From IMG/VR virus record IMGVR_UViG_3300035682_000039, positions 1 to 60,291 of that record: DNA of 60,291 nucleotides; one strand, written 5' to 3'. Source of the stretch: a virus. Lineage: Duplodnaviria; Caudoviricetes. Positions 18,231 to 26,687 of the stretch are shown here, piece after piece. The notes under the pieces are model-generated. The model ran no database searches. It was given only the letters and a program-made list of their open reading frames with translations, and was not told the origin of the DNA. Made by a program: the position numbers and the translations under genes. Positions within the stretch are counted from its first letter, which is position 1. Each line of letters begins with the position of its first letter.

Positions 18231-19708
18231 GCCTGAACCCTCGCTTTAGACTTACTGTAAGCAATGATGCGACTCTTAATCCATTTCATGGTTGGAGCAG
18301 ATGTAGGTAATGGTTCTACTCGGATGCCATTGGGGTACACGGAAAACTTCTCTTTGTATTTCATGGCAGCCCACCCGTCCTTATATCCCTTTAGCTTGCC
18401 GTAATACATCAACTCAGCATAGAACTGGCGGTTGTCAATCTGGAGCTTGCGGTTAGTTTCTGCAAGTTCTTGGAGTTCGCCCGGTATGGTTAGGATTTGC
18501 TTTAGCGGACGCTCGTAACCGCACTCGCCACAGATATTGCTTTTGAATGTCCATAACGCTTTGCACTTCGGGCAGACTGCTTCTTTCTTTTCCCGCTCGG
18601 TAGGTTCTTTCTTAGCCTTCTCTTCGGAGCTATCTAAAGTCTTAACTCCTTCGGTATACAGATTGTCCCAGTCGCTTCTAAACCGCAAGAAATTACCCGA
18701 GTGATCAAGCCAAAGACCAAACTCTTTACCTTCGTGCGGACGCATGACTCTACCCATCTGTTGCACATGGGATGAAAAAGACTTTGAGAATGGTCTAGCA
18801 GATACTCCGATCATTACATCGGTTACATCAAACCCTCTAGTAAGAATGTCAGTCGCAATCAATCCATGAATTTCGGTGTCTGGTTTAGAGAACTCCTCAA
18901 TGGTTAAACGTTTGTAGTCATCGTCTTCTTTATAGGATATGGACTCAAACCGATAGCCAGCCTCGGCAAATCCCTTGACTAGGTCTCTGCCATGATCTAC
19001 GCCCGAACAGAATACGATTGTCTTTCTTGGGCCGCCAAAGATTTCATGCGTCTTTTTAATCCATTCGTTGACTACATCGCCTGTAATTGCCATGCCACGT
19101 TTGGAAACTTCAGCTTCTTTCCATTCGCCAAATGAGTTCTTCTCAGCTCCTGTCATGTCAATCTCTTTGGCTACAAATACTTTCAAAGGGACTAACCAAC
19201 CTTTCTCTACCAAGTCGCCAGTCGGAGTAGCTCCTACCACATGGGTATAGATATCTCCTAAGCCTTTAGTAAATGGGGTGGCAGTTAATCCAATAGCACG
19301 GATGTGTGGATTTTTATTGAGGAACTCAACTGTTTTCTTACGGACGATATGACACTCATCCAAAATAATAAGGTCGATGTCTGGGAATGAATCCCTTCTC
19401 TCAAGGGTCTGTGCAGAACAAACTTGGATTCGCTCCGATGGTCTTTCTCTCCAATGACCAGCTTGCATAACTCCATGCTCGATGCCGTACTTAGACAGTC
19501 TGGCACTCGTCTGGTCAACTAAGACTATCCGATCTACAATCATGGCGGCTTTCTTGTACCCTTCGGATACTCGCCTCATGATCTCCATCGCTACCTCGGT
19601 TTTACCGAAGCCTGTGGATGCATACAGTAGTTGTCTTATGTGTCCTTGTTTGAAGCCTTGCTTTATTTGCTCCACCACTTCTTGTTGGTGTGGTCTTAAC
19701 TCTAACAA
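18227..19708 (-). CDS. Superfamily 2 helicase with C-terminal zinc finger (likely TTG start at 19708)
   Basis: LRPHQ, STGFGKT, DECH, TATP, QQMGRVMR, CPKC..CGEC; AAGGAG before the TTG. Confidence 0.9.
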   Translation of the reverse strand: MLELRPHQQEVVEQIKQGFKQGHIRQLLYASTGFGKTEVAMEIMRRVSEGYKKAAMIVDRIVLVDQTSARLSKYGIEHGVMQAGHWRERPSERIQVCSAQTLERRDSFPDIDLIILDECHIVRKKTVEFLNKNPHIRAIGLTATPFTKGLGDIYTHVVGATPTGDLVEKGWLVPLKVFVAKEIDMTGAEKNSFGEWKEAEVSKRGMAITGDVVNEWIKKTHEIFGGPRKTIVFCSGVDHGRDLVKGFAEAGYRFESISYKEDDDYKRLTIEEFSKPDTEIHGLIATDILTRGFDVTDVMIGVSARPFSKSFSSHVQQMGRVMRPHEGKEFGLWLDHSGNFLRFRSDWDNLYTEGVKTLDSSEEKAKKEPTEREKKEAVCPKCKALWTFKSNICGECGYERPLKQILTIPGELQELAETNRKLQIDNRQFYAELMYYGKLKGYKDGWAAMKYKEKFSVYPNGIRVEPLPTSAPTMKWIKSRIIAYSKSKARVQA

Positions 19709-19757
19709 CTTTATCTCCTTTACTATCAGGAAACCGCCTGATGTCGGTACAAAATAA

Positions 19758-19904
19758 TGGGCGGGGGTGGCTGGCGTTGATCTCCAGCTTCTGGAAAATG
19801 TTTTGTTCGCCACCCTATCCGAAGTGTGTGGAAAATAAGGTAAACCACACTACTTTTTCAAACGCAAACAGCACACCCTCGTATCAACCTACGAATTCAC
19901 CCCC
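19758..19904 (-). ncRNA. tRNA-like structured RNA with loop-loop pairing
   Basis: GGGGGTG/CACCCCC closing stem followed by GCCCA; 5' hairpin loop GGTTGA complementary to 3' hairpin loop AGATCAACG. Confidence 0.55.
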
Positions 19905-19970
19905 ATAAGTCTGGTGAGGTACTTACGCTCCGTATGTGAAGCGGAAAATCGTGCGTTTTCCCTCATTACG

Positions 19971-20804
19971 TTATGCAGCTTTTGAGACTTGCTTCTTCCA
20001 GTAATTCACTTGCTTTAATAATTCCGCATTCTTCTGCTGATAAGCGTCTCGAGAAGCAGTTAAGCCTTTGATCTGTGCTTCTTGGCTCTTGATGGTGGCA
20101 CGAAGCTCATCAATTAATTCTTGTGCAGATTGCTTATCTTCTTCGGACGCATCCATGCCTTTGACTGCTAACTTCGCCTTGAGTTCTTCGTTCTCCTCCG
20201 CTATGGCTTGGAACTCAGTTGCCATCTCTTCAATCTTTTGTTCCTTCTCATCAACGACTGGATCGGGTGGAGTCTCTGGTTTGGCTTTTTTTGTTCGACC
20301 CATCTTCGATGTGTCCATCGTATACTCAACACCGCCACGAGTTACTTTACGAGCTGTTGGTTGAGGAGTGTTCATTTCCTTACGAATCTTATCTACGAAT
20401 GTCGCTGATACACCGCAAACTTCTGCGATCTTGATATTGTTCCACTCGCTCCATTCAAAATCTTCCAAAAGAACAAGAACGGATCTGCGTTTATCGGCAT
20501 TGGTTCTGCGTAATCCGTGCTTATCGTTGGCACTGACGGCAAATAGAATCGCATCTCTGCGTGAACCATCATGGACTTCGGCTTCAATTTCTGCAAATGC
20601 TGCTTGTTTGTGGGCAAAGAAACGATGCCAGCCGTCTGCTAGGTGGTAGGTCTTACCATCAAAAAATACTGTTACTGGCGGCATCTTGCCACCTTCACGG
20701 ATTACTTCTGCGTATTCTCTGACGGCATCTTCAATGATCTTGTCACGAACCTGCAAATCGCCATCTACATTGATTTTTTCTAACCTTATTTTTTCTAGTT
20801 TCAT
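19971..20804 (-). CDS. ParB/Srx-domain protein with HTH and coiled coil
   Basis: PPVTVF..YHLADGWHR; IAEVCGVSATFV HTH. Confidence 0.8.
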   Translation of the reverse strand: MKLEKIRLEKINVDGDLQVRDKIIEDAVREYAEVIREGGKMPPVTVFFDGKTYHLADGWHRFFAHKQAAFAEIEAEVHDGSRRDAILFAVSANDKHGLRRTNADKRRSVLVLLEDFEWSEWNNIKIAEVCGVSATFVDKIRKEMNTPQPTARKVTRGGVEYTMDTSKMGRTKKAKPETPPDPVVDEKEQKIEEMATEFQAIAEENEELKAKLAVKGMDASEEDKQSAQELIDELRATIKSQEAQIKGLTASRDAYQQKNAELLKQVNYWKKQVSKAA

Positions 20805-20849
20805 TGTTTCCTCTTTTAGTTATTACTACTCTTATATGACACCCGTTCC

Positions 20850-21175
20850 TCTTTTGGTGGACGCACCTCGCCTACCCAGTGCGTCCTTCAACTGCTTCCT
20901 CCTTTGGAGCCACAGCACCCGACAGTCGTTCGTAGAGTCGGCACTATCTTCGCCACCGACCTTGCACTATTACATCTACTTACCCCCAGTAGTGCTTGTA
21001 TTTATCCCGCTGGTGTACTCAAAGCCGTCCAGGATAAACCTACAAAAGAAAAACCCCTTGGGGTTGTTCTAAGGTGAAGTTGCTTAATAAATGGATCTCG
21101 ATCATTTACTAAACACTCAGAACAACCCGAAGGGGTCTGGTCGAAATCAACTTACCACACGGACTTCACTCCGCC
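20850..21175 (-). ncRNA. Long structured leader / candidate ncRNA upstream of the replication genes
   Basis: Multiple stems including 21053-21070/21119-21136 (17 of 18 bp) followed by a U-tract. Confidence 0.5.
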
Positions 21176-21285
21176 ATAAAACTTTAACACAAAAGAGCCA
21201 AACAAAATATGTAATTTACGCTTGGCTCTAACTATCTTTATCCGATAACGATGGAAGGTAGTTGAAATAAATATAACACAAAAAT

Positions 21286-21326
21286 AAAAAAAGTGGGCGG
21301 CACGTGAGAGGAGACTAAACCGCCCA
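21286..21326 (-). terminator. Intrinsic terminator with a large loop
   Basis: TGGGCGG/CCGCCCA stem then T7 on the minus strand. Confidence 0.65.
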
Positions 21327-21439
21327 TAAGAACTACCAAGGAAAAAACAAAGAAACAGGACAATTGTACTGTATAAATAAACAGCATTAGTTGCCTATTT
21401 TTTAAGCGCATCCTCAAACGTTTGGGGATAGCTAAGTGT

Positions 21440-21769
21440 TTACCCTAATACTATCTTTACCATTCCACCAGTCTCGTCTGCTCGTTCTACCGTGATCTTT
21501 TTAAAGCATCGGTCATTGACCCCCAAGGCTAGAGACATCCCGTCTAACCCCGCTTTCATGCTTGCTAGGAGGTTATCAAGGTCGTAATGTCTTTTACTGG
21601 GTGGGTAAAAGATAAGATGCAGTTCCGAGTATTCCTTGGTCGGGATCTTCTGTTCCTTGGTTAAATAAAAACACATTTCCTTATATTCTTTAGTGGCTTT
21701 AGCCTTTGTAGCCCAGTGGGTTTTGACATTGGGCTTTAGTGGAGCTGGCGGCCAAGGGAAGGTAAGCAT
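21440..21769 (-). CDS. RusA-like Holliday junction resolvase
   Basis: FPWPP, FYPP, DLDNLLASMKAGLDG, VND. Confidence 0.8.
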   Translation of the reverse strand: MLTFPWPPAPLKPNVKTHWATKAKATKEYKEMCFYLTKEQKIPTKEYSELHLIFYPPSKRHYDLDNLLASMKAGLDGMSLALGVNDRCFKKITVERADETGGMVKIVLG

Positions 21770-21795
21770 CAGGGTTTGCCTTATTAAAAAATATT

Positions 21796-21825
21796 TTGCA
21801 ATACTTGAGAGACAATGTGTACAAT
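21796..21825 (+). promoter_or_regulatory. Sigma70-like promoter for the recombination operon
   Basis: TTGCAA-18 nt-TACAAT with TG extension. Confidence 0.5.
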
Positions 21826-21901
21826 CTATTGTATATTAATAAAAAACGAGGAATTCAATGCAGCAGATACTAATTCTATTATGCACCCCAGGGGTATACA
21901 A

Positions 21902-22780
21902 ATGATTATTACTAATAAATATGGACTGCCACAAACATTTGTGAATGTCGTAGAGCGTCCTACGTATACCAAGGGCAAAGCCCATATGTCGGTTACGGAG
22001 CTGTTAAACAGCCCACAGATTGTGCAATTAAAGGCTAAGTACTCCGAACAGATTGAAGTCGATGTGACCGATATGATATGGGCTGTATTTGGTACGGCAG
22101 TCCATCATGTCTTGGAACAGGGCAAAGATCCTAACCATATCGTAGAACAAAGACTCCATGCCGATATAGACGGCTGGCATATCTCAGGAGCTATTGACCT
22201 TCAGGTCGTCCACGAGGATGGCATTGAGGTTAATGACTACAAGACTGTCGGAGTATGGGCGGTCATGAATGAAAAGAAGGAATGGGAACAACAGCTCAAT
22301 ATTTATGCGTGGCTCGTTGAGACTGTCAAAAAGACCCCAGTAAATAAGCTAAAGATTATTGCCATCATCAGGGACTGGAGTGCTAGGGATGCTGAGAATC
22401 GGGAAGGATACCCTGAGAAACAGGTAGCTACCTTGGATATCAAGCTTTGGTCGATGGAAGAGCGAGAAGCTTTTATTAAAGAGCGTATCCACCTTCATAG
22501 TGAAGCCCTGTTTGCAACCGATACCAACGAAGACCTACCACCCTGTACTCCAGAGGAATGTTGGGAAAAACCAACAACTTATGCGGTTAAGAAAGAGGGT
22601 GGAGTTCGCGCGAAGTCTGTCCATACCACGAAAGAAGAGGCGGAATTGGCATTAGAAAGTACTGGTAAGGGATATTTTTTAGAAGTCCGAGCTGGTGAAA
22701 GAACTCGTTGTGCCAAGTTCTGTCAGGTTTCTCCTTGGTGCAAGCAGTACAAAGACTATTTGGAGGAGCAAGCCAAATGA
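21902..22780 (+). CDS. PD-(D/E)XK (Cas4-like) exonuclease
   Basis: GTAVH, SGAIDL, DYKT, QLNIY, C-terminal RC..FC....WC. Confidence 0.85.
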   Translation: MIITNKYGLPQTFVNVVERPTYTKGKAHMSVTELLNSPQIVQLKAKYSEQIEVDVTDMIWAVFGTAVHHVLEQGKDPNHIVEQRLHADIDGWHISGAIDLQVVHEDGIEVNDYKTVGVWAVMNEKKEWEQQLNIYAWLVETVKKTPVNKLKIIAIIRDWSARDAENREGYPEKQVATLDIKLWSMEEREAFIKERIHLHSEALFATDTNEDLPPCTPEECWEKPTTYAVKKEGGVRAKSVHTTKEEAELALESTGKGYFLEVRAGERTRCAKFCQVSPWCKQYKDYLEEQAK

Positions 22781-23004
22781 TAGACGCTAAGTACTATAAC
22801 AACGGCAAGATCAAGATTGGATCTGAGCATTACCTTAATCCGTTAAGGAAAAAATACATTGAAGAAGATCACGATATGTTGGAGATACAGAAGTATTTAA
22901 TTCATGATCCAGCCATTCTTAATCGTCAGTATTGGAATCAAAAAATTTTATTGCTTATTAGTTGTTTTGTTTTATTAGTTGTTTGTTTGAAAGGAATGAA
23001 ATGA
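22777..23004 (+). CDS. Hypothetical protein with hydrophobic C-terminus
   Basis: GGAGGA RBS; ATGA overlaps. Confidence 0.6.
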   Translation: MIDAKYYNNGKIKIGSEHYLNPLRKKYIEEDHDMLEIQKYLIHDPAILNRQYWNQKILLLISCFVLLVVCLKGMK

Positions 23005-23222
23005 GTGCAAACGATACACAGGTTGGTGGCAATCATTACGCCAAGCAGGAAATACAGACTTGGGACTATATTGCGGCCAACCAAATTGGGTACTTTGAAG
23101 GGAATGTTATTAAGTATGTATCAAGATGGAAGCAAAAAGGTGGGATAGAGGATCTACGGAAAGCACAGCACTACCTTAGTAAGTTGATTGAAATTTCATT
23201 AAACACACAGGAGAAAGTATGA
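23001..23222 (+). CDS. DUF3310 family protein
   Basis: QVGGNHY, GNVIKYVSR, KGGIEDLRKA..YL. Confidence 0.85.
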   Translation: MSANDTQVGGNHYAKQEIQTWDYIAANQIGYFEGNVIKYVSRWKQKGGIEDLRKAQHYLSKLIEISLNTQEKV

Positions 23223-23362
23223 AAAAGATAATCGCTGTTTTATTTATTGCCATGATGTCTACAAGTGTTATGGCTCAGGTTAAATGTGAATCCGATGGTC
23301 GTGGCGGTATGTGCTGTTGGGATATAGGTAAGCAAGGACCATGGAGACCAATTGGTTGTTAA
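23219..23362 (+). CDS. Secreted Cys-rich peptide precursor (47 aa)
   Basis: MKKIIAVLFIAMMSTSVMA-QVKCESDGRGGMCCWDIGKQGPWRPIGC*; AGGAG RBS; ATGA overlap. Confidence 0.7.
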   Translation: MKKIIAVLFIAMMSTSVMAQVKCESDGRGGMCCWDIGKQGPWRPIGC

Positions 23363-23371
23363 GGAGAAATT

Positions 23372-23527
23372 ATGGAAACATCACAGGAATTAACTTTAAA
23401 GTTTATGTTGGCATTGGCATCAAACCCAGCATACACAAGCCCAGACGAAGACTGGGAAACGGACGCTTTTAATATTTACACAATGGCACAAACATTAACT
23501 CACCTATATTTAGGGAAAATCGCATGA
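23372..23527 (+). CDS. Small hypothetical protein (51 aa)
   Basis: AAGGAG RBS; METSQELTLKFMLALASNP; ATGA overlap with ERF gene. Confidence 0.7.
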   Translation: METSQELTLKFMLALASNPAYTSPDEDWETDAFNIYTMAQTLTHLYLGKIA

Positions 23528-24204
23528 GCGTATATAAAAAATTACAACAAGCTAGGGTAGCTTTACAAGGAAAGAAACTAACCAAGTCGGGTAAGAACAA
23601 GTTTGCTGGCTACGAATACTTCGAGCTGGGAGACTTTCTACCTACGATCCAAACAATCTGCAATGATGTTGGGCTATGCGGGGTATTGTCATTTAACAAC
23701 GAGATGGCGTACTTGCAGATTAACGATGTTGTGGACGGCACATCCATCATGTTTACCTCACCCATGAGTTCGGCTGCTCTCAAAGGTTGCCATGATGTAC
23801 AGAACCTAGGTGCGGTGCAGACCTATCTTCGTAGGTACTTATGGACTAACGCATTTGAGATTGTGGAGCATGACGCTCTGGACGCTACCTTGGGAAAGGA
23901 TGAGCCACCCAAAAAGATAGAAGCCAAGGTTGAAAAGATCGAGCCAAAGATTGAGAAACCAAAGCCAACCAACGGCCCATGGCAAATATCCTTGGCAGAC
24001 AACGAGGATATCGGTGCGTGGATGGATACCCTCGGAGCTGGGTGCGATGCCCTTCTGTCTTTAACTACCAGCGTGGACGATGTGGCAACAATCTTTAAGA
24101 CCAATCGCTCTGTCTTTGACAAGGCAAAGGCATTGGATGAGGTCGGCTATTCCAAGCTCATGGAAAAGTTTTCAGCAACCAAAAAATCATTAACAAAGGC
24201 ATAA
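23524..24204 (+). CDS. ERF-family single-strand annealing protein
   Basis: KSGKNKFAGYEYFEL, QNLGAVQTYLRRY. Confidence 0.85.
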   Translation: MSVYKKLQQARVALQGKKLTKSGKNKFAGYEYFELGDFLPTIQTICNDVGLCGVLSFNNEMAYLQINDVVDGTSIMFTSPMSSAALKGCHDVQNLGAVQTYLRRYLWTNAFEIVEHDALDATLGKDEPPKKIEAKVEKIEPKIEKPKPTNGPWQISLADNEDIGAWMDTLGAGCDALLSLTTSVDDVATIFKTNRSVFDKAKALDEVGYSKLMEKFSATKKSLTKA

Positions 24205-24205
24205 C

Positions 24206-24478
24206 ATGGAATATTTAAATACTGGTGGTTTATTTGTATCAACAATTCGTACGACAGAAAAGTCTCCCGATTACTTTGGCAGTATCAAAGTGGATCGCTC
24301 TTATCTAAAGTTTCTTATGGAACAGCACGATGAGGATGGCGTTGAAATTAAGCTGGGTGGCTGGAAAAAGCAATCTCCCAAAACAGGAACTAAGTTTATT
24401 TCCCTATCAGTTGATACCTATGTCAAGAAAGACGAAGCCAAGCCAGTTATCAACGATAAGGACGAGTGGGAAATCTAA
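24206..24478 (+). CDS. Putative small ssDNA-binding protein
   Basis: PDYFGSI, GW, FISLSV, acidic/aromatic tail; follows ERF. Confidence 0.6.
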   Translation: MEYLNTGGLFVSTIRTTEKSPDYFGSIKVDRSYLKFLMEQHDEDGVEIKLGGWKKQSPKTGTKFISLSVDTYVKKDEAKPVINDKDEWEI

Positions 24479-24894
24479 TGGAAACCAGTCAATTTGAAGC
24501 TAAAAAAATAGCCTTGAAGCAGACAAAGGATGGTCATGTGTTGAATCTGGCTATCCATCCAGACGAGATCCCCGATGAGATCCTTCGGGACTTTGTGGGT
24601 GCTAGGTATATGGTGGTGATGGTTCGCCTAGCGGATACCGAAGTTCCCATGGTTCGGTCTGAGGAATACGCTGGTGCTAGGCTAGTCAAACAGGCTGGAA
24701 TGATATGCCGGGATCAGAAGTTTTGGGATTTCTTACACGACCAAGGATATATTTTTGATCGTAAAGAAACAGTGGCGGTAGATTGGCTATGTAGTTACCT
24801 CAATGTTGCGTCCAGAGCTGAACTCAAGACAAATGAAAAGGCGCAATATCTTTTTGAACAAATAAATGCAGAGTATAAAAAATGGAAAAACTAG
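24478..24894 (+). CDS. Hypothetical protein
   Basis: Packed ORF; AGMICRD..FW, SRAEL. Confidence 0.7.
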   Translation: METSQFEAKKIALKQTKDGHVLNLAIHPDEIPDEILRDFVGARYMVVMVRLADTEVPMVRSEEYAGARLVKQAGMICRDQKFWDFLHDQGYIFDRKETVAVDWLCSYLNVASRAELKTNEKAQYLFEQINAEYKKWKN

Positions 24895-25172
24895 TCCCCT
24901 ATTCACTTTACCTCCCAGAGGCACACATTAAAAAGCTGAAGTCTATGGCGAAGAACCGTAAAGCATCTAGTTTTATTCGAGATGCTTTGATTATGGCGTT
25001 GGATAAGACCGATGAGTATTCCAGTGGCTATAACAAGGGTCTCAAGGATGCCTGTGGAATTATCAAAGACAATCCCGAGGCTGGCTTGATTGCCGTCCGT
25101 GGAAAATCTTTAAATGACATTCTTGTTAAACAGATTGAAATATTGAGGCACGAACCAAAATGCCAAAAATGA
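24882..25172 (+). CDS. Ribbon-helix-helix-like DNA-binding protein
   Basis: YSLYLPE...LK.MA....SSFIRDAL pattern. Confidence 0.5.
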   Translation: MEKLVPYSLYLPEAHIKKLKSMAKNRKASSFIRDALIMALDKTDEYSSGYNKGLKDACGIIKDNPEAGLIAVRGKSLNDILVKQIEILRHEPKCQK

Positions 25173-25378
25173 ATCAAGAAACCGTATTGGATTTAGTACG
25201 TGAGATAGAAAAATTAATGATTGAGGAGCAGGCTGAATATGTCAATGCTTTTGCGGCTTCCTTGTATGTTGCCTGCGTTTCGGCTAACAATCTAGGAATG
25301 GCTAAAGAAACATTTTTGGCTAACTGTGAAACATTATTTGATAGCGATAAAAAAGAACAGATGAAGGAACTTCAATGA
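25160..25378 (+). CDS. Hypothetical protein
   Basis: Packed ORF. Confidence 0.6.
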   Translation: MPKMNQETVLDLVREIEKLMIEEQAEYVNAFAASLYVACVSANNLGMAKETFLANCETLFDSDKKEQMKELQ

Positions 25379-25548
25379 ACGACCAAGACAGAAGAGATTG
25401 TTTTGCCTTTATGTTAACCGTTGGGTTTGCCATGAAAGGTGAAATAAATCCCAAAGCAATATGGGAGATGGCAGATATGCTTGTCGAAGCCCGTAATGCA
25501 CCCCCAGAGGAGGGGATTGTTGCGATTAAAAGGAAAACTAAGAAATGA
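25375..25548 (+). CDS. Small phage hypothetical protein (57 aa)
   Basis: RDCFA...MADMLVEAR; ATGA overlaps at both ends. Confidence 0.65.
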   Translation: MNDQDRRDCFAFMLTVGFAMKGEINPKAIWEMADMLVEARNAPPEEGIVAIKRKTKK

Positions 25549-25742
25549 AAGAACCAATTCCATTCGCTGGATATGTTGAGATTGACGAAGACACAAAGAA
25601 GTATTGCTCGTCTTGCATGAACTATAAGTCTTTTGAAAATGGCAAGATTGTCCAGACCGCCAATAAAAATATTAAACGTTTTAAATGTTTTGATTGTTTG
25701 GCAAAAGCCAGTGTTCGTAGATACGCTAAGGAGAACGCATGA
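25545..25742 (+). CDS. Small zinc-ribbon protein
   Basis: CSSC...CFDC. Confidence 0.65.
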   Translation: MKEPIPFAGYVEIDEDTKKYCSSCMNYKSFENGKIVQTANKNIKRFKCFDCLAKASVRRYAKENA

Positions 25743-26089
25743 ATCCTACACACATTAGTAAGTCGATGGATGGCATGATGGCCAAGTCCCACAATTGTTT
25801 TCCTATCGGGCCAAAGGCGTCTTCCAAACAAGCATGGCTAGAAGATAAAGACTTGTACCTTGGGGATGTAAGTGGCATGGAACGGATACTAACACCAGTC
25901 ATTCTTGATACCGATATGCATCAAAAAATATATCTCATGGATGCCATTACTGGGACTCTTTATAAAATTCAAGGCGGTAAGTGCATGAGTTCTGATCAAC
26001 TGCATCTAAAACGATTTAAACAAGACAATAACCTAGCCAACAGACTTATGAAGGTAAAGGGTGATCAATTAAGTGGGGATATATTATGA
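25739..26089 (+). CDS. Hypothetical protein
   Basis: AAGGAG RBS; MDAITGTLY. Confidence 0.65.
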   Translation: MNPTHISKSMDGMMAKSHNCFPIGPKASSKQAWLEDKDLYLGDVSGMERILTPVILDTDMHQKIYLMDAITGTLYKIQGGKCMSSDQLHLKRFKQDNNLANRLMKVKGDQLSGDIL

Positions 26090-26517
26090 GAGAGCCAACA
26101 CAAAGATTCTGGGATGCCATGATTATTAAGTCGTGGCAAAACTTTGATAGTTGCTACAAGCTCAACATATGGGCAAGGGAAGAGTTTGGTAAGTATCCTC
26201 AACATTTAGAATTAAAACGTACACAAAACTGTTTTGGTAGCGGGACTCAAGGGGTGCGTGTTTGGGTGGCTCAATATATGCCAGCTTTAAGTGAGCAGTT
26301 ATTTGCACTACCCAAGGAAAGACACATAGAGTTATTGGATTGGCTTGCAAAGAGCAAGGTTGATTCTTTGTCTTCCAAAGGTTCAAAAGTCAGCAAGTAT
26401 TACCATGCAGCCAGAAGTGCAATGAAAGCCGCAGAAAGAAGAGCAACACAAAAAACTTGGTCAGATAATTTAGAGAAAACTCTTAATCGTAATAATCGAT
26501 GGACAACAGTTAAATGA
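26086..26517 (+). CDS. Hypothetical protein
   Basis: ATGA overlaps. Confidence 0.6.
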   Translation: MREPTQRFWDAMIIKSWQNFDSCYKLNIWAREEFGKYPQHLELKRTQNCFGSGTQGVRVWVAQYMPALSEQLFALPKERHIELLDWLAKSKVDSLSSKGSKVSKYYHAARSAMKAAERRATQKTWSDNLEKTLNRNNRWTTVK

Positions 26518-26687
26518 TGGTCACAATGCTTAATATGTTTGCTTTGTTCGTAGCCACCTGTGCTGTGCTTATCTTTGCCGTGGTCTTTGCCTTCTTCCTG
26601 TTCATTATGTATGCCTGTATACACATTGGGTGGAGAGAGATTAAAGGAATATCGATGTCTGAGTTATGGGAGAGGATTCAGAAATGA
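26514..26687 (+). CDS. Small membrane protein (57 aa)
   Basis: Long hydrophobic run FALFVATCAVLIFAVVFAFFLFI; ATGA overlaps. Confidence 0.55.
   Translation: MMVTMLNMFALFVATCAVLIFAVVFAFFLFIMYACIHIGWREIKGISMSELWERIQK

Noticed and set aside
19709-19813. N-terminal extension of the helicase in the ORF track
   Set aside because: It overlaps the structured RNAs, and an AAGGAG-preceded TTG at 19708 sits just before the Q motif.
19758-19904. Canonical tRNA or tmRNA
   Set aside because: No TTC T-loop or anticodon arm, no G-U alanine identity pair, and too short for tmRNA.
20686-21072. 128-aa plus-strand ORF and other antisense shadow ORFs
   Set aside because: They lie opposite well-supported genes or structured RNA and have no recognisable motifs.
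19821-21167. Antisense pairing between the tRNA-like RNA (19821-19831) and the leader (21155-21167)
   Set aside because: Only 11 bp with a 2-nt bulge, and the segment is already paired in its own hairpin, so it could be chance.
12922-21803. TTGCAATA as a shared operator (12922, 13094, 21796)
   Set aside because: It is more simply explained as TTGCAA -35 promoter elements in AT-rich DNA.
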